Assembly: GCA_037447605.1 (NCBI GenBank)
Contig: CM074820.1
Span: 868,001 to 932,000 of the forward strand
From: Zygnema circumcarinatum SAG 698-1b
Taxonomy: Eukaryota > Plantae > Zygnematophyceae
Length of the DNA: 64,000 bases
Reading direction: 5' to 3'
A model generated the notes under the pieces. The model was not told where the DNA came from and searched no databases. It saw only the letters and a list, made by a program, of their open reading frames with translations. The position numbers were made by a program, and so were the translations under genes. The stretch's first letter is position 1; the number at the start of each line of letters is the position of its first letter. Shown one piece after another: positions 25,012 through 38,197 of this stretch.

Positions 25012-25654
25012 GCAGCTGCTCCAATCAGGGCAAGCTCGCTACGCAAGAAGGAGAGCCGAAGTCTGCTGCTCAATAGGCATGCACAGTGCTGACTAGAAGG
25101 TGGCGCCGGGGGCATGCCCTGCTGCGGATGTGTTCATGGACAGGTGTGGGATGAGATTTTGACAAGCTGTTTCTACGCGAGCAGAAGCAAGCAGGCAATG
25201 CATGCATGCTGGAATGCCTTGCTGTAGCGCCACCACCTCCATGGCCTGCTCACCCCCCCATTGCAGCGAGACGCATCATCTCCTGCAACCATAATCCATC
25301 TCAAAATAACATCATGCGATGAGATGATATATAATATATGCGATCGCCGCCAGCCACCTGCTGGAAGGCAAGTGTTTCCCAGTCCGAAAGGAAAGCCTGC
25401 CCTGCCCTGCCCTGCCCTGCCTTGCCCTGCCCCGCCTTGCCCTGCCCTGCCCTCAGTGCAGAGCCAACTGGCAGAGGGGGAGGCAGCCAGGAGGGGAGGG
25501 AGCTTGCCTGCCCTAAAGTGAAGGCGAGGTGGAATGCGCGTCCACCGGCGGAGGTGCGGATCAACTCAACGCACCTTTCACAGGTCTAATGGAGAGTCAC
25601 AGTACAGATTCGTACGGTCTGTACGTGAGGAGAGAGAGTTGAGAATTTCGAGTT

Positions 25655-26725
25655 AAATTTTGGAAAATGATACAGCGGCCCCACCTTTTGGATATCGGCG
25701 CCCCCTTTTGGAAAAAAAATGTACTTTTTTTTTGGCTAATCAGCCCCCCCCCTTGGATCTTTCGGGAGGAGAGATCTTGTAGACAATCGGACCCCGCGCC
25801 TCGCGCGCAGGATCCGACCGTGCACCGACGTACGGCACCGCGCATCGCGGCGTGGCCCGCGAGATGCGGCGAGCCTACGGAAACGTTGTCCTCACCTGAC
25901 CCGTTTGGGTCAGAGGTTGCCACGTGGCAGTCTGCCATTGGAAAGCCCTGCTGCCGGTCCCCCATGCCGATACAGTGGACACCCATAATATTTTCGCCAT
26001 GGTTTCGGCAAATACTGGGCAAAAATATTGTAATTTGCAAATATAAGGTCCGTGTTACCAATAGGCGAGCGGTATTATGTTAGAGTTCATGTCTGTTCGT
26101 ATGGTTCGTATCGTATCGTATCGTACCGTGATTTAGATACACGAGCTCCTATTGGTGCCGTACGTATATCGTATGACTCAGAGATTTTATTCGTACTTAC
26201 CGTACAGCGTAAAAGCGTGACCCATGTTTGAAATCCGTTTCGATTAACAGATTTTGTATTGGAGAAAAGGTCAGGTTAGGTTAACACCCCTAATACGTTA
26301 ACATTGAGTTACCGTACAAAAAGGTGGTTTCGGCAAAATCGGGGCAAATTTCTTGGGGACGCACTGTACAAGGTGGAAAATATTATGGGTGTCCACTGTA
26401 TCGGCATGGGGGACCGGCAGCAGGGCTNNNNNNNNNNTCCAATGGCAGACTGCCACGTGGCAACCTCTGACCCAAACGGGTCAGGTGAGGACAACGTTTC
26501 CGTAGGCTCGCCGCATCTCGCGGGCCACGCCGCGATGCGCGGTGCCGTACGTCGGTGCACGGTCGGATCCTGCGCGCGAGGCGCGGGGTCCGATTGTCTA
26601 CAAGATCTCTCCTCCCGAAAGATCCAAGGGGGGGGGCTGATTAGCCAAAAAAAAAGTACATTTTTTTTCCAAAAGGGGGCGCCGATATCCAAAAAGTGGG
26701 GCCGCTGTATCATTTTCCAAAATTT
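25655..26725. repeat. ~340-bp near-perfect inverted repeat (foldback-like structure)
   Basis: 25655-25995 is the reverse complement of 26376-26725 (one clear substitution; 10-N gap at 26428-26437 in the right arm). Inner boundaries TA|CAGCGGCCCC at 25673 and GGGGCCGCTG|TA at 26707. Confidence 0.85.
25973..26398. mobile_element. Tc1/mariner-type MITE, copy 1
   Basis: TA|CAGTGGACACCCATAATATTTTC ... GAAAATATTATGGGTGTCCACTG|TA. Subterminal sequence is shared in inverted orientation with 27499-27976. Confidence 0.65.
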
Positions 26726-26747
26726 TGAGTTAGATTTCAAGTTCAAA

Positions 26748-26943
26748 GTTCAATATGGAATCTGGCTTTGAGCCTGTTCAACATGTGGAAAAAAGGCAAA
26801 TTCCCTGTTCCGTACAGATTCGACAAGTTGCCTAAAACCTCCTAAAAAAGGTAGAATCAACGAATGAACGAATCTATACGGACAAAGTACTTTGTCTTTT
26901 TCCAAATGTTGAAACAGGCTCGGAGCCAGATTCCACCTTGAAC
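26748..26943. mobile_element. Small hairpin-type MITE with ~75-bp imperfect terminal inverted repeats
   Basis: GTTCAATATGGAATCTGGCTTTGAGCCTGTT...CCGTACAGATTCG pairs with CGAATCTATACGG...AACAGGCTCGGAGCCAGATTCCACCTTGAAC. Confidence 0.6.
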
Positions 26944-27498
26944 ATGTCCACGAAAAACAAATTTTCTTATTTTGAAAAAAACAAAATTAAAAGCCAAAAA
27001 TCACAGTCCATTTCACTTGGGTGTGAGATTTTCAATTTTTAATTGTTTTTATTTTGAGCTTCTGGGACATCTAATTTCTCTTTGTCCGAAACACCTCGGA
27101 CACGTGTCAGTCCGTAATGTAATGATTGATGGTCTACGTCAACTCTGTCGGGTGACACGTGACAGGCTTCCAATGGTTGCACTTAAGGACCTGCTCGTAC
27201 CTGACACGTGCCACGGACGTTTTGTCCATTTCTGTGCGTGGGAGTACGGATGGCGGTTGGACGGAATTCTACTTTACGAGCGAGTAAAAAGTTACTGGGA
27301 ACAAAAATTTACAGACCTTCTAAGGTGCGAACCTAACCAAAAAAAGTGTGTAAATAGTAAATCCCTAACCAAAAAGGTTCTGGCCAAAAACCAGTTCTGG
27401 TTCTGGTTCTGATCACGGAACTGTCGACTGGGCGGGCCGCTGGACGTGGCCAAGAGCATGGAGCGGCCGTACGCCTGTACAAAAACCGCGTTACTGTA

Positions 27499-27976
27499 CA
27501 GTCAGCAGTCCTCATATTTTCCACCCTGTACAGTGCGTCCCCAAGAAATTCGCCCCGATTTTGCCGAAACCAACTTTTTGTACGGTAACTCTGTGTTATC
27601 CGTATTACCCGTACTATCAGTACCCCTAAAACCCTTCAACCCTAGAAACCCTAAAAACCGTACTAGCCGTACTAGCCGTACTTGCTGTACTAGCCGTTAC
27701 GGGCTTCAGCAGAACTTACCGAATCTTCCCGCACGTGCCGCCGTAAGAGGCGCTCGCTCGTCTTTCCTCCTTTATGAATCCGATACGACACGATAAGATA
27801 CGCTACTGAACGACACAATACGATACGGTACGATATGATGTGGTACGATACGTACGGTCCAACATGAACTCTAACAATACCGCCCGTCTATTGGTAACAC
27901 GAACCTTCTATTTGCAAAAATCAATATTTTCGCCTCATATTTGCCAAAACCATGGCGAAAATATGACTGTTGACTG
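27499..27976. mobile_element. Tc1/mariner-type MITE, copy 2 (related to copy 1, opposite orientation)
   Basis: TA|CAGTCAGCAGTCCTCATATTTTC ... GAAAATATGACTGTTGACTG|TA. 27513-27592 matches the reverse complement of ~26305-26381 and 27860-27962 matches that of ~25988-26092. Internal CGATA/CGTAC short repeats. Confidence 0.65.
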
Positions 27977-28133
27977 TACTGTACCGTACACCGACGCGGT
28001 TCCTTCCAAGTGTACGGTGAAGGGCGCAGAGCCACTGTCGATCCGCCACGTGTGTGCTCCGTCCGCCGTGGAGCGCTATCATTGGCACGTCGCGCCAAAC
28101 CGGCGCCGGAGATAAGACTCTTTTTCTCCACTC

Positions 28134-28173
<40 letters not shown>

Positions 28174-28185
28174 CAACCTGTGGCC

Positions 28186-30402
28186 ATGGTGGCGGCGGCT
28201 CTCATTCTCTGCATCCTGCTCTTGAATCTCTGCAGCAGCTCTGCAGATGTGGTGGTCTCCAGCGCTGTGCTGGCCGCCGCTCTCTTTCTGACGCTGTGTA
28301 GCTCGCGTCTCGATTCCGTGAAAAAGGGGAAAACTTTCAAGCAGTGGATGGAAGATAGCGCTTCAAAACTTGTGAAGAAGACTTTCGGAGGCCTGTTCTT
28401 CATATTCATGAATCTGGCCGCAGTTTCTCTTTACCATGCGACCATGGCGGCTTTCCTCCTATCTTTCCTCTTAGTCGGACTAAGTATGGCGGGGTCTGGC
28501 GATGCCTCCCTCGCGATCCATATTCCGATTGTCCTATGGTTGTATTTCCTTTGTTTCCGCACAGCATGGGCTCTGCTCGCTGCGGCTCGTAAGGTTTTGG
28601 TTTCCGTAGTTTCAGTTTGTCACGTGTTTGATCGACTCCTTTGCTTCGGAGAAGCACTCCTGAAGAAAGCGACGGCCTTGGTGATTCTGATTGCGAGGCT
28701 CTTCATCACCGCTTCTTTTCTGGAGATGATGATGCTGGTGGCAACATCCTTTGGAATCCTCGTGATATCGGTGGCGTGGGCCTCTTGGACCGCCCCTTTT
28801 TTGGCATATGTTTGGGTGTTCACGATCCTCGTCCTTGCTTTGAGAATTTTATGGAGATTATGCGCTGCCGCGGTTCGCCTTTACATGGGATTATCCTTCA
28901 TCGCGCTCCGGTTTATTGGCTACGCTGGAAGTTCATTGACTGCAACTGCAGTTTTTCTCGGAGTATGCATGAAGAAATCTTCAAGCGGGCTTACCCGGCT
29001 CGTCCAAGCACTTGCCAAGGTGGAGCTGAACTCTGTGATGAGGGCGGTTATCATCATCTGTTGTCTTGTAGAGCTTCTCGATTTGGGCCGCCTTGCAGTA
29101 GTGTCTCTAGTAGTGTCTCTGTTGGTGCTCGGTCTTGCACGTGTATGCAGTGTAGTTACAGGGAGGGGCTTTATTTGGGCATCATTCGTTCTCAAAGCGA
29201 CTACTACTTTTTGTTCCCGGGTCATGCAAAGTTTACTGGTCATCGCGCGTTCCATATTGGAGACCACCACGTCGCCTCATGGAATAGTTGTCACAGGTGG
29301 CGTTTTTTTCTTAATAGACCTCAAGAATGGGAGGCTCGAGCTTCCTGATCAATATTTTATCGCCACATCGCTCGTTTTTGGTCTGCCCTTACTTAATTAT
29401 TTTATCCATACGTTTCTGAAGACTGCAAGCAAAGTAGAGGCATCAACTGAGATGCCCTCAAAGTCGAAAAAAGGCTATGGTTCAAGAAGCTCAACGGAAG
29501 ACTTCATTAAAAAGATGCGCGAACCCTATGGTTATAGAAGCTCAAACGACGAATTCATTGAAAAGATGAGCAAACGCTATGGTTATGGAAGCCCAACGGA
29601 CGACTCCTTTGAAAAGATGTGGGAACGCTATGGTTTAAGAAGCTCAACAGACTACGTTGAACAGGTGTTGGGAAAAAATTGGAGAAGTGATTTCGAAAAG
29701 TCGCAGGTGAGCCATGCCAGACAATTCATCTTATGTTTGTTGATACTTTGTTGCTTTCACTTACTTTGCCGTTTGCAGATGCTCGAGAATAATTGTCTTG
29801 CTGTGCGGATGCAATCCTTTGTATTCTTCTGACGATGCTTGAAGTCTTGTTTTGCGGGAACAGGAGGTGCTGCGCAGTCGAGGTTTCAGTGAGAAAGTTT
29901 TGGAGATAGAGGTGAGTCACGCACCTCTCCTTTCCTCATGTCAGCTTGCGACTGTCCCTTTTCATCTCTTTGCGATATTCCTTGTAGCTATACGAGGCCT
30001 AAAGCATCTTTTGCCGAAAGTTTCTACATTGGAGTCATGCTGATTTGCTTTCCCGGAATGTGCTAAAAAAAAATGCAGAATTTGCAAAGGCCCTGGGCGA
30101 AGGGAGTATGCAGCAAACGGTGGCAAGCCATGAGGATTGCAGAGCTTCAAGTGAGTCGAACAAGCCCTTTTTTATTTCTCCCACCCCCCCTCTCTCTCTC
30201 CACCCTGACTCTCCGTGGGCTTGTACGCTTAGAAATATGACATTCACGAGGAGTTTCCTGTCAGTTTTGGGGTCCGGTTTCTCTGATTTCTTACCTTCTT
30301 GCAAGTACTCATTTTCGCTGTTCTGGGGGGCAGGCGGAAGTGCAGGACATTATGGCAAGCGCATTTCAACTCAAGTGTGTCCCCAAGATGAGCGGCCGCT
30401 GA
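28186..30402 (+). CDS. Uncharacterised polytopic membrane protein with 17-aa tandem repeats near the C-terminus (~569 aa)
   Basis: GCCATGG start after a (CT)n tract. A 1521-nt open exon 28186-29706 with many hydrophobic segments, then phase-0 GT-AG exons 29864-29911, 30079-30150 and 30334-30402. No family recognised. Confidence 0.6.
29475..29655 (+). repeat. 51-bp coding tandem repeat (~3.5 copies; YG(S/Y/L)RSS(T/N)(D/E)xFI(E/K)KM)
   Basis: CTATGG unit starts at 29475, 29526, 29577 and 29628. Confidence 0.9.
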
Positions 30403-31928
30403 GAAAAACGAGGGCGATGAAGAAACAGCTTCACTGTGCTCTTGCTTAGTGCCAGCTTTCATTTTTTTTGTTTTATTGCAGTCAGTCCGAGGATTCTTGC
30501 TCAGTTTTTGGGCTAGATGAATCTAGAGTTATGTTTGTCGTTTTCTGTAGAGGAGAATTGAGGTCCGTTCACTCACACAAAAGGAGAGGCGTTTCAACAC
30601 CTCCTTAGGGTCAGATTTGGAAGAGGAAAAACAATACAGAAAACTGTGTGAGGAGAAATGCTACTTCCACTTCTTTTTGTTTCCTATTTTTGGTTTTTTG
30701 AAGGAAGCACGTGTGCATAAAAGAAGGTGATTTGTCAAGACCGGCTACCAGTGTTTCCTGTTGATTGGTAATAAATTTCCAATTCAAATCAAATTTCTTT
30801 AGGCTGTTTTTTTTAAGGTAGGACACGCGAACCAGCAGCATGGAAATGGTTAGTGGAGCCGTAGGGCAAGTAGCAACGTTGGGCAAGGCTACATGGCGTT
30901 GGGCAAGGATACATGGGATTAGGCCTTCTGGGAGTGGATTTACAGGCAACTGAGTAGCGTGGCCATGACTCTTTTTGTAAAGAGAGAGAGAGAGGAAGGC
31001 GGAAGTCCACCGTGCGTGTGTGCGTGTCAGTGTGTGTGCGTTCGATTCAATGTGCTTGCTTGCTTGCTTGCATACATAGATAGAACAAACAGAGTTAGAG
31101 TTTGAAATAATAGAGTGAATGAGTGAGTGAGTCAAGGAGCATTGCATTGGCGCTGGGCCCGTTTGAAGGAAGGTGCACCGCTTTAGGACCAAACCAAAGC
31201 AAACCAAAGCACAGCAGACCGGAAAGATTCCTTCAAAATCGATTATTCAAAAACTAGAATTTTATTCTCGCACATGTGATCATCCCTACGTGGGAGCCAT
31301 GTCCTCGGGCCATTGACGTCAGCACGCGTCATCTGGTTACAAACTTGCCACAAAAAACCTCCTCTGCCAGACAGCCCTTGGTTTGGTCCCGCTGGGAGTC
31401 CTAGTCCCTTGCAAACACAGTGGGCAGTTGTTAGTTGAACGGTAACAGCACCTCGTTCTATTGCATGTAGGTGCATGGAACGCCGCACTGACCCTCGCCT
31501 CCACAGCACGCTTGCTTCAAGCCTCCTCTCTACCCCCCCTCCTCCCAATATCTTATTCCTAATAAAAACTACGTCAAAAATCTGTACACAGCGAGCTACC
31601 CGCCAGCCTTTCGATCCAAATCTCCCCCCCAGCAACACTGCAAATGGGCCAAAATTTGGGCCCAACAGTCACTAGAAGGAGCACGCCAATTTGCCAAAGC
31701 TTGGACCAACCGACCGATCAGAAGGATGTCTACGGGGAGGGGGGAGGGGGGAGGGGGGAGGGNNNNNNNNNNGGGGGAGGGGGGAGGGGGAAATGGGGAG
31801 GGGGGGAGAGGAAGTGGCAGCGAGACAGTGAGAGGAGTAGCCAACGTAAGGTAGCCACATCTATCTCAATTCCCACAGTAACCAACTCCATTTTCCCTCT
31901 CCTTAAATGAATGAATTTGCTCCACTCC

Positions 31929-34900
31929 TTACTCCTCAGACTTCGGCCCTTTCAAAGCAAGCCTCGTATCAGAGCTTGGCGGCTCCAATTTCAGCTGTTT
32001 TGATCCGAGCAATGGAGGGATTCCGAACACCCAATCGAGTACGTTCAAATACTTTGACCGGAAAACGTCCCTCTCGTTGTTGTAGCAGTGCATGATGACA
32101 GAGGTGGCGAGGGAGAAGAGGAGAACATCGAACCGTTTTGGGACGCTCTGAAGGCTTTTAAGCCATCCCCACTCGCCAGCACAGATTCCAAAACTTTCGA
32201 TGGCCCGGGAAAGGCAGTAAAGGGCCAACTCCATTCTCCGTGATTTCTTCTCAAACAGCACTGCTAGACCTGCTGGAAACTGCAGAAGGAATGAAAAAGC
32301 GGAAAGAATTGAGAAAAAAGAGATGAGTTTAGAAGGGTACAAAGAGCTCCAAGAACGGTATGATTAACGAGTCTCTCTCTTCTCAAACGGGAGGTGAAGA
32401 GGATACAAAACAGGAAGGAAATGTTGCGTTTGAAAAGCATTAATGAATGATAGTTCTTTATGGAGGAACAGTGAGGGGGAAGTTGTTTTGAGTGCCATAC
32501 AGTTCCCATAGCAAGGATTGGTCCGTTGCAGCGCTGAAAAAGTTGATGAAGAGTGCAAGTCCACAGCCTGCGGCAGCGCATCAAAACATTAGCAAGTACT
32601 GGGAAGCTTCTCCGCCTCCCCTCCTCCCTCTCTCTCTCTCTCTCTCTCCCTCCTCCTCCCTCCCCCCCACCCCTAACCAAACTCCCTCCACCTCCTTATC
32701 CTCCTTTCCTTTCTCTACAGCACTCCTGGCCACTCCATTGTCATTCTCCTGTTTCCTCCTTCACTCTCTCTCCACCCTCCCTCTCACTCTCCATTTCTCA
32801 ACCATTATCGCTTACCTCTTTTGCCCTCGCCAGCTTCTCTGTTTCTTCCCCACTTCCACGCAATCTCCAATTCTGTTCATCTCCCATTGCTTCTCCCACT
32901 CCCTCTTCCTCCCCTCTTCCTACCCTCGTCCAAGCTTTTCCCACTCAGTTTCTAATTTGCTTCTCACTTAGACTCTCGTCCCTCCTTCGTCCCGACTTTT
33001 TTCTTCCACTCACTCTTCCTCCCCCCCTCCCCTCCCTCCTCCCACCCCGAAGAAAAACCCAATACTGCTGCCTCTCACCATGCAGAGGAGCAGTAGAAAG
33101 CAAGAAAGAAACTCGATCGAGCTGCTCCCAACGCTGTTTTGGCCAAAATGGGAAGCGGCCTGCAGTAAAATTATTCGTACGCTGCAATGTTAATTTATGG
33201 TACAGTTCGAAAGATGTTGACTTCCCCCCTCATCCTTGAAAGTGCCTAGACTGCAGCTCACTTTCAACACCCAATGATGATGCCAACCCTAATTTAAGAT
33301 TGTAACCCACAGAAGATTCAAGAAAAGTCGGAAGCTAAAACTATGGAAGGAAGGCGGAGATAGCTACCTGTGAAGCAGCGCTTTTCTATGGACGAGAAGG
33401 GCAGGAACAACATAGACTGGCAGATACACCGGGATGGATCGTAAATATGCTCGCTGCAAAAAAGAAATAAAATGCGACGCACACCATTGCTTGGGGTGGA
33501 GCATCTGTTCCCACACAATGAAATCCCAGTCTCAAATTTAGACTGGAAATGAACGTAAATAAAAATGAATTACGCTTGCTTCCTGCATCCATTCCTGCAT
33601 GCAGATGTGCAGCCCAACAGCAAACCTACGTAAACACACAAAGGGGCATTGCTTATTTAGAATTTCTGCCATTATTCTGAAGTGACTTTTGATTGTCTTT
33701 TTGGGCTTTGTTTTTCGACTACATACAGCGCAGGGAATCCTCATGTACGGGTTCAAGTCGAGTTCCATTCCTTGTCCTTGATAAGCTGCTTTCACCGCAC
33801 TAATGCTCGGAATCGGCCTATCGCAGGATGCCACATCCTTGACTGCATTTATAATTCTTGTATCTTTCCCTCCGTGTTTGTTCAAAAACGATACATATGA
33901 GGGCGGCAGACTATGGGGCTCCAAAATCCAAGCATATCTGCAGAGAGCTCGAATTGAAAAATAAGCTCTTGCAAATGTATGCAAAAACGCGCTTTGCTTC
34001 TCGATATAGCGAGACAATGACTCCGGAAAGTCAGCAATGAAGCCAATTCCAAGGATAAAGAGCCTGCCTACACGTTTATTCAAAACCTAACCATGAAATT
34101 TGCGAAGTTATGATCAGGTTTTCCAGATTTGTTCGAGTTATGGTTTCTCGGAACATTGTTGACTGCTTACAATATCTGTGCCGAAGAGATACACATGAGA
34201 AGGACGTCCCCATGTTGCCATGTGAAGGGCCGGAACAGCCAACCCCAATATGAGCTTTTGATCCCACACCGAACCCCCAAAACTGCAGACCTAAGAAGAA
34301 TATAAAGGGCCATAGAAGTGTGCTGTGTGCCTCTCCCGGTAAGAAGGAGAGCAGGTCCAGCAGCTGCTCCTGCAACCAGAGGGCGCCACTTGGCAGTCCT
34401 GAAACACTCCGGACAGAGTGTGAGCACAGCTCAGTATGTATGTGAGTTTGTTCGATTGAGAGACTAATGGAGGATGAAGAGACTTATGCAGCCTATCAAC
34501 TACAGCACTTGAAGCATGAACACAGCAATAGTTCTTTTCGTCTCAACCTTTCTAAGTTCATGAGTGCATTTTATCTTGACGTGCTATCAATCGATTCTCC
34601 ATCCGTGACTTAAATGAAACGACTGCAAGCACATGCACTCAAAGACTTGGAGAAGTGCATCCATTGTTGATCAATCGAAGTGCACTCAGCCTTTTGCTCT
34701 ATTTACTCTGCATAGAGTATGCTAAGACTGTCGAGAATAAGGACTCGTGAGTAAGATTCCAAGCCCCCTCCATCCCCTTACTTCAGTTCTTCCCCAAACT
34801 GCAGAGCGTTTGTAAGAGCTTCCATGCAGTGTTTCCTTCACCTTCTTCCTTCACCTTGTTTCGACATCCCAACACATGACCATACTGCACTTAACTGTAG

Positions 34901-36093
34901 TATTTTCTTTATTAGACACAAGTGAGGTCTTAGGGCAGCTCACCTCGAAAGACCTCCCCAGGCTGCTATACATTCATCAACAATACAATAGCCGCCTGCG
35001 TAGGCTCCTAAGAAATATCCATAACGAAGAGTCTCATTGAGAGCCATCGAAACGACCGCTCTTGTGCTCCTCGCAGATCCTTTATTCTGTGATCTGAAAG
35101 ATGCCCTCTCAAGTAATAATGAGCCAACGAAATGACTACGAAGATAACAAAGACGGATATTCTTGGAAATTTAGACAAAAGAATTTGTTTCCTACTACGG
35201 AAAGTATGCGCACTACACAAGAGGACGTTGGGCACGGTCTCAAGAAGAAAAGGATGTTGGATGTAACTTCAGGCCATAGAGAAAGGAATGAAATTCAAGA
35301 GAGGTATCAAAGCAAGTTACTTCTGCTCCACGTTTTTCTCATCCTGCTAAAAGAGGGTACTGACTTGAAGTCCCAGTATATCCGATAGTGACCATGTAAA
35401 ACGCACTTTGAAAATTTCCAATTGCGCGGACTCGAAGAGTTTGTGCGCTATTTTCGACATATGGCCAGTTATACACGGTTCATCATTTTTTCATCATTTA
35501 AGAAATGAACCAAGTGTGGTTCACTTCATGCAACGATGCTTTCTTGAAAATCACACATTGACCTGAGTCCTTCATTGCTACCATTTCATTCTAAAGAAAA
35601 GCAGCGAACAAGGAGGCCTCAATTCAGTTCCAGTAAAGCTTGAAGTGCGAATGCACCTAGCAGCAAGTTGCTTCCTCAATTTTCCGATCATACTAAACAG
35701 CGTTAAGCCTCCTTTAAGCCCCGCGCCGATCACAAAGCCTTTCAATGCAGCCGCTATGCAGCGCTCTGCCGGACTCAGCGCGTCTCCTGCACCTGCATTG
35801 CTATTCCAGTTCCGTGCAATAGCTCCGCTTCCTGTGCCTGTTCCTGCTCCATTTTCTGCTACAACTGACTTCCTTCTCTCCTGCTCCGCCTCCTTTTCCG
35901 CCTCTCTCTCGTCCTCCTCCTCAGTTCTGCTGCTCTGACCTCCTAATCCCTTCACTGCACAATTTTCCTCTACCTTTCCTTCGCAACTGCAGTCCCTTCC
36001 ATGGGGCTGACAAGCTGGAACAAGGGAGAGGTCATCTGCATGCGCTGAGGTTTGAAGGGAGGATTGCGGGAGGCTGCTTGCCTCGCTGGCCAT
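31929..36093 (-). CDS. TMEM135: TMEM135/PMP52-family (Tim17-like) membrane protein
   Basis: Exons 36093-35657, 35093-34944, 34398-34171, 33937-33727, 33504-33368, 33159-33079, 32567-32501 and 32279-31929 in phase. Motifs KGFVIGAGLKGGL, ETLRYGYFLG, HTSMALYILLR, LPPSYVSFLNKHGG, PVYLPVYVVP, ARSSFFL, EKKSRRMELALYCLSRAIES, FRSKYLNVLDWVFG. Confidence 0.92.
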
Positions 36094-36819
36094 CTCCGAC
36101 GCAATCAAGGTTCTATCGAGTTTTTCTTTCTTTTTCAAGAAAGCAAGAAAAGAATAAAGCGGAGAAAGGAATTTCCCTTTGAAAAGGGCTTGCGCAGCAG
36201 CACGAGTCCGTATGGCATGCCTTGAATATCTGCACTTTTGTGCATGCGTTCACCATGCATGCATGTATGCACAGCTGCAGCACCACTTTACCCTGACAGC
36301 TTAAAGAGGAAGCTCTCTTCTCTCTTCCCACTTAACACTACCTCTGCTCGTCCATTAGTCTCTCCTTTCTCGCCTCGTCCCGCTCTCTCTCCCTCCCCCT
36401 CTCCCTCTCCCTTTCTCTCCCCCACTCTCCCACCCCCTGCCGCCTATTACCCTACTACCACTACTTTGAACAGTTCAACAAAATTAAAGATTTTGGCTGT
36501 TCTTAAAAAACAACAGGTGGCTCAATATCCATGTGCGTTGCCTGGTCGGTGGTTTGGGTTCGGACTACTGTACGAATGGCGTTGGACGCTGGCCCGTCAA
36601 AAGAGTCTGCCGAGTGACCGTACACATACGCGACCCGCGCTATTACTGCATACGACCGATGGGCAGGCCTCTTCAAATGGAGGAAAAGGATGTTTGATTG
36701 AACTCACGATGGCAAGGCCATCAAATGTACAAGGAGAAAGTCGACATAAGGAACCAAAAGAAGCGGTCACGACGGACATAAGGACAGAGAGAAAGCTTGG
36801 AAACGGAAATCAACTTCTA

Positions 36820-38170
36820 GGCGCAACAACACGGCACTAGAAGCAGCCGCGAAGGTCGCCAATGTGGGGCGCAGTACGCGCGGGAAGGGGCGGAAGACCA
36901 CCGGGACGGGTCCCAACAACTGCGGCACGTCGAAGGATCGTGGAAGCAAGACACCGCTGTAAGGCGACGNNNNNNNNNNTCACGGACAACATTGTGGGCC
37001 AAAATGCGCTCGCCACCGCGTACACACCGAAGAAGATGCACACCCTGCGCATCAATCGAACGACCACAACCACAACGGGGAGAACCCTGCAAAGGGGGGT
37101 GGGGGAGCCCAAGACGAAGACGCGCAGCAAGCTGAAACTGGCTCGGAGAGAGTCGAAGGGTGGAAAAAATCGGGGTAGCAGCCAGCCACGCCCCTGCACC
37201 AGGACCAGCACAAGATCGCAATCGAGCACGCGCAACATCGGAAGGGAGAGCCGCAATAAGGGTAGAAAACTCAGCAGCAACAACCTCCTCTGTCACAATA
37301 GTCTGGACGCGCGAAACAGACTCAACAGCCAGGGAAGCAAAAGGGGGAACACGGGCTTGGGCACTAGAAGGGAGCAAACCATGAGCAGCGCGCAAAGCAA
37401 TCTGGAAGGGAAGATGACCATCATCAACATGAGCAACAACAGACTGGAGCAACGGACGATCATCCACAAGGAAACGTGAAGCTAGAACCGGAGCAACAAG
37501 AGCCCAACTACCCAAAAAGGCAGGGGATGCAATACGTGCAGTTGGGACAAGCCCCAAACCGCCTGCAGAAATAGGGAGCGAGGCTTGCAAACGAGCAAGT
37601 GGGCCTTCCGACCGATCAAAAATACCCGCACCCAAGAGGCGATGACACACAAAAAATAAACGCTCATCAAAAGATCGCAAGGAAATAAGAAAAGCATCGG
37701 TAGGAGGGAGGGTCCGTAAGAGGTAAGAGGGACGTAAGGCAAAACAACAAGTAAGTAAGGAAAAAGCCACTTGAGGATCAGAAAGGTGAGGCAACTCATC
37801 AACCTGAGACACATCCTCAACCAAAGCATCCTCCACAATACGATCAACATATGATGCAGCTCCAAAAGGGCAACCAAGAACGCGGATACCAAGCGCGTCT
37901 GAGCAAGTCTGTATACCCGACGGTAGCGAAAGGGAAGCGGGGAGACCAACTGGAGACCAAGCAAAACATTTGGACAAATTAACAGTAAGCTGCAAAGCTG
38001 CCAGTCGAGTACTGAAATCAGTAAAAGCAGCAACAACCTGGTTAGCGGGGCCAAGAATGTGAGTATCGTCAGCAATGGAAGGGAAAAGGCACCCTGGAAA
38101 GGCCTGGGCAGACGCTCGAAGCGCACGAAGGTGTGCCAAAGCAAACAAAGGACCCCCCAAAGGGTCGCCA
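36820..38170 (-). mobile_element. 5'-truncated non-LTR retrotransposon, CRE-like (RLE-type) clade
   Basis: RT C-terminal half GDPLGGPLF...PSIADDTHI...NLSKC, LPISAGGLGL, GAWL...LRLGL, zinc motif CGC...H...C...AHNVVR, and terminal VALQR...ILRRA*. The endonuclease region falls in the N gap 36970-36979. Confidence 0.8.
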
Positions 38171-38197
38171 AGAAGAAGCGAAGAAGAAGCGAAGAAG

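Noticed and set aside
25597-26771. Duplicated 140-155-aa ORFs on opposite strands
   Set aside because: Mirror translations of the inverted-repeat arms, with no recognisable motifs.
29475-29655. Regularly spaced repeats as a CRISPR-like array
   Set aside because: In-frame 51-bp coding repeats without unique spacers, in a eukaryotic gene, with no cas genes.
1-36093. Strict strand alternation of seven genes as an organised system
   Set aside because: Too few genes to separate from chance, and no mechanism is visible.
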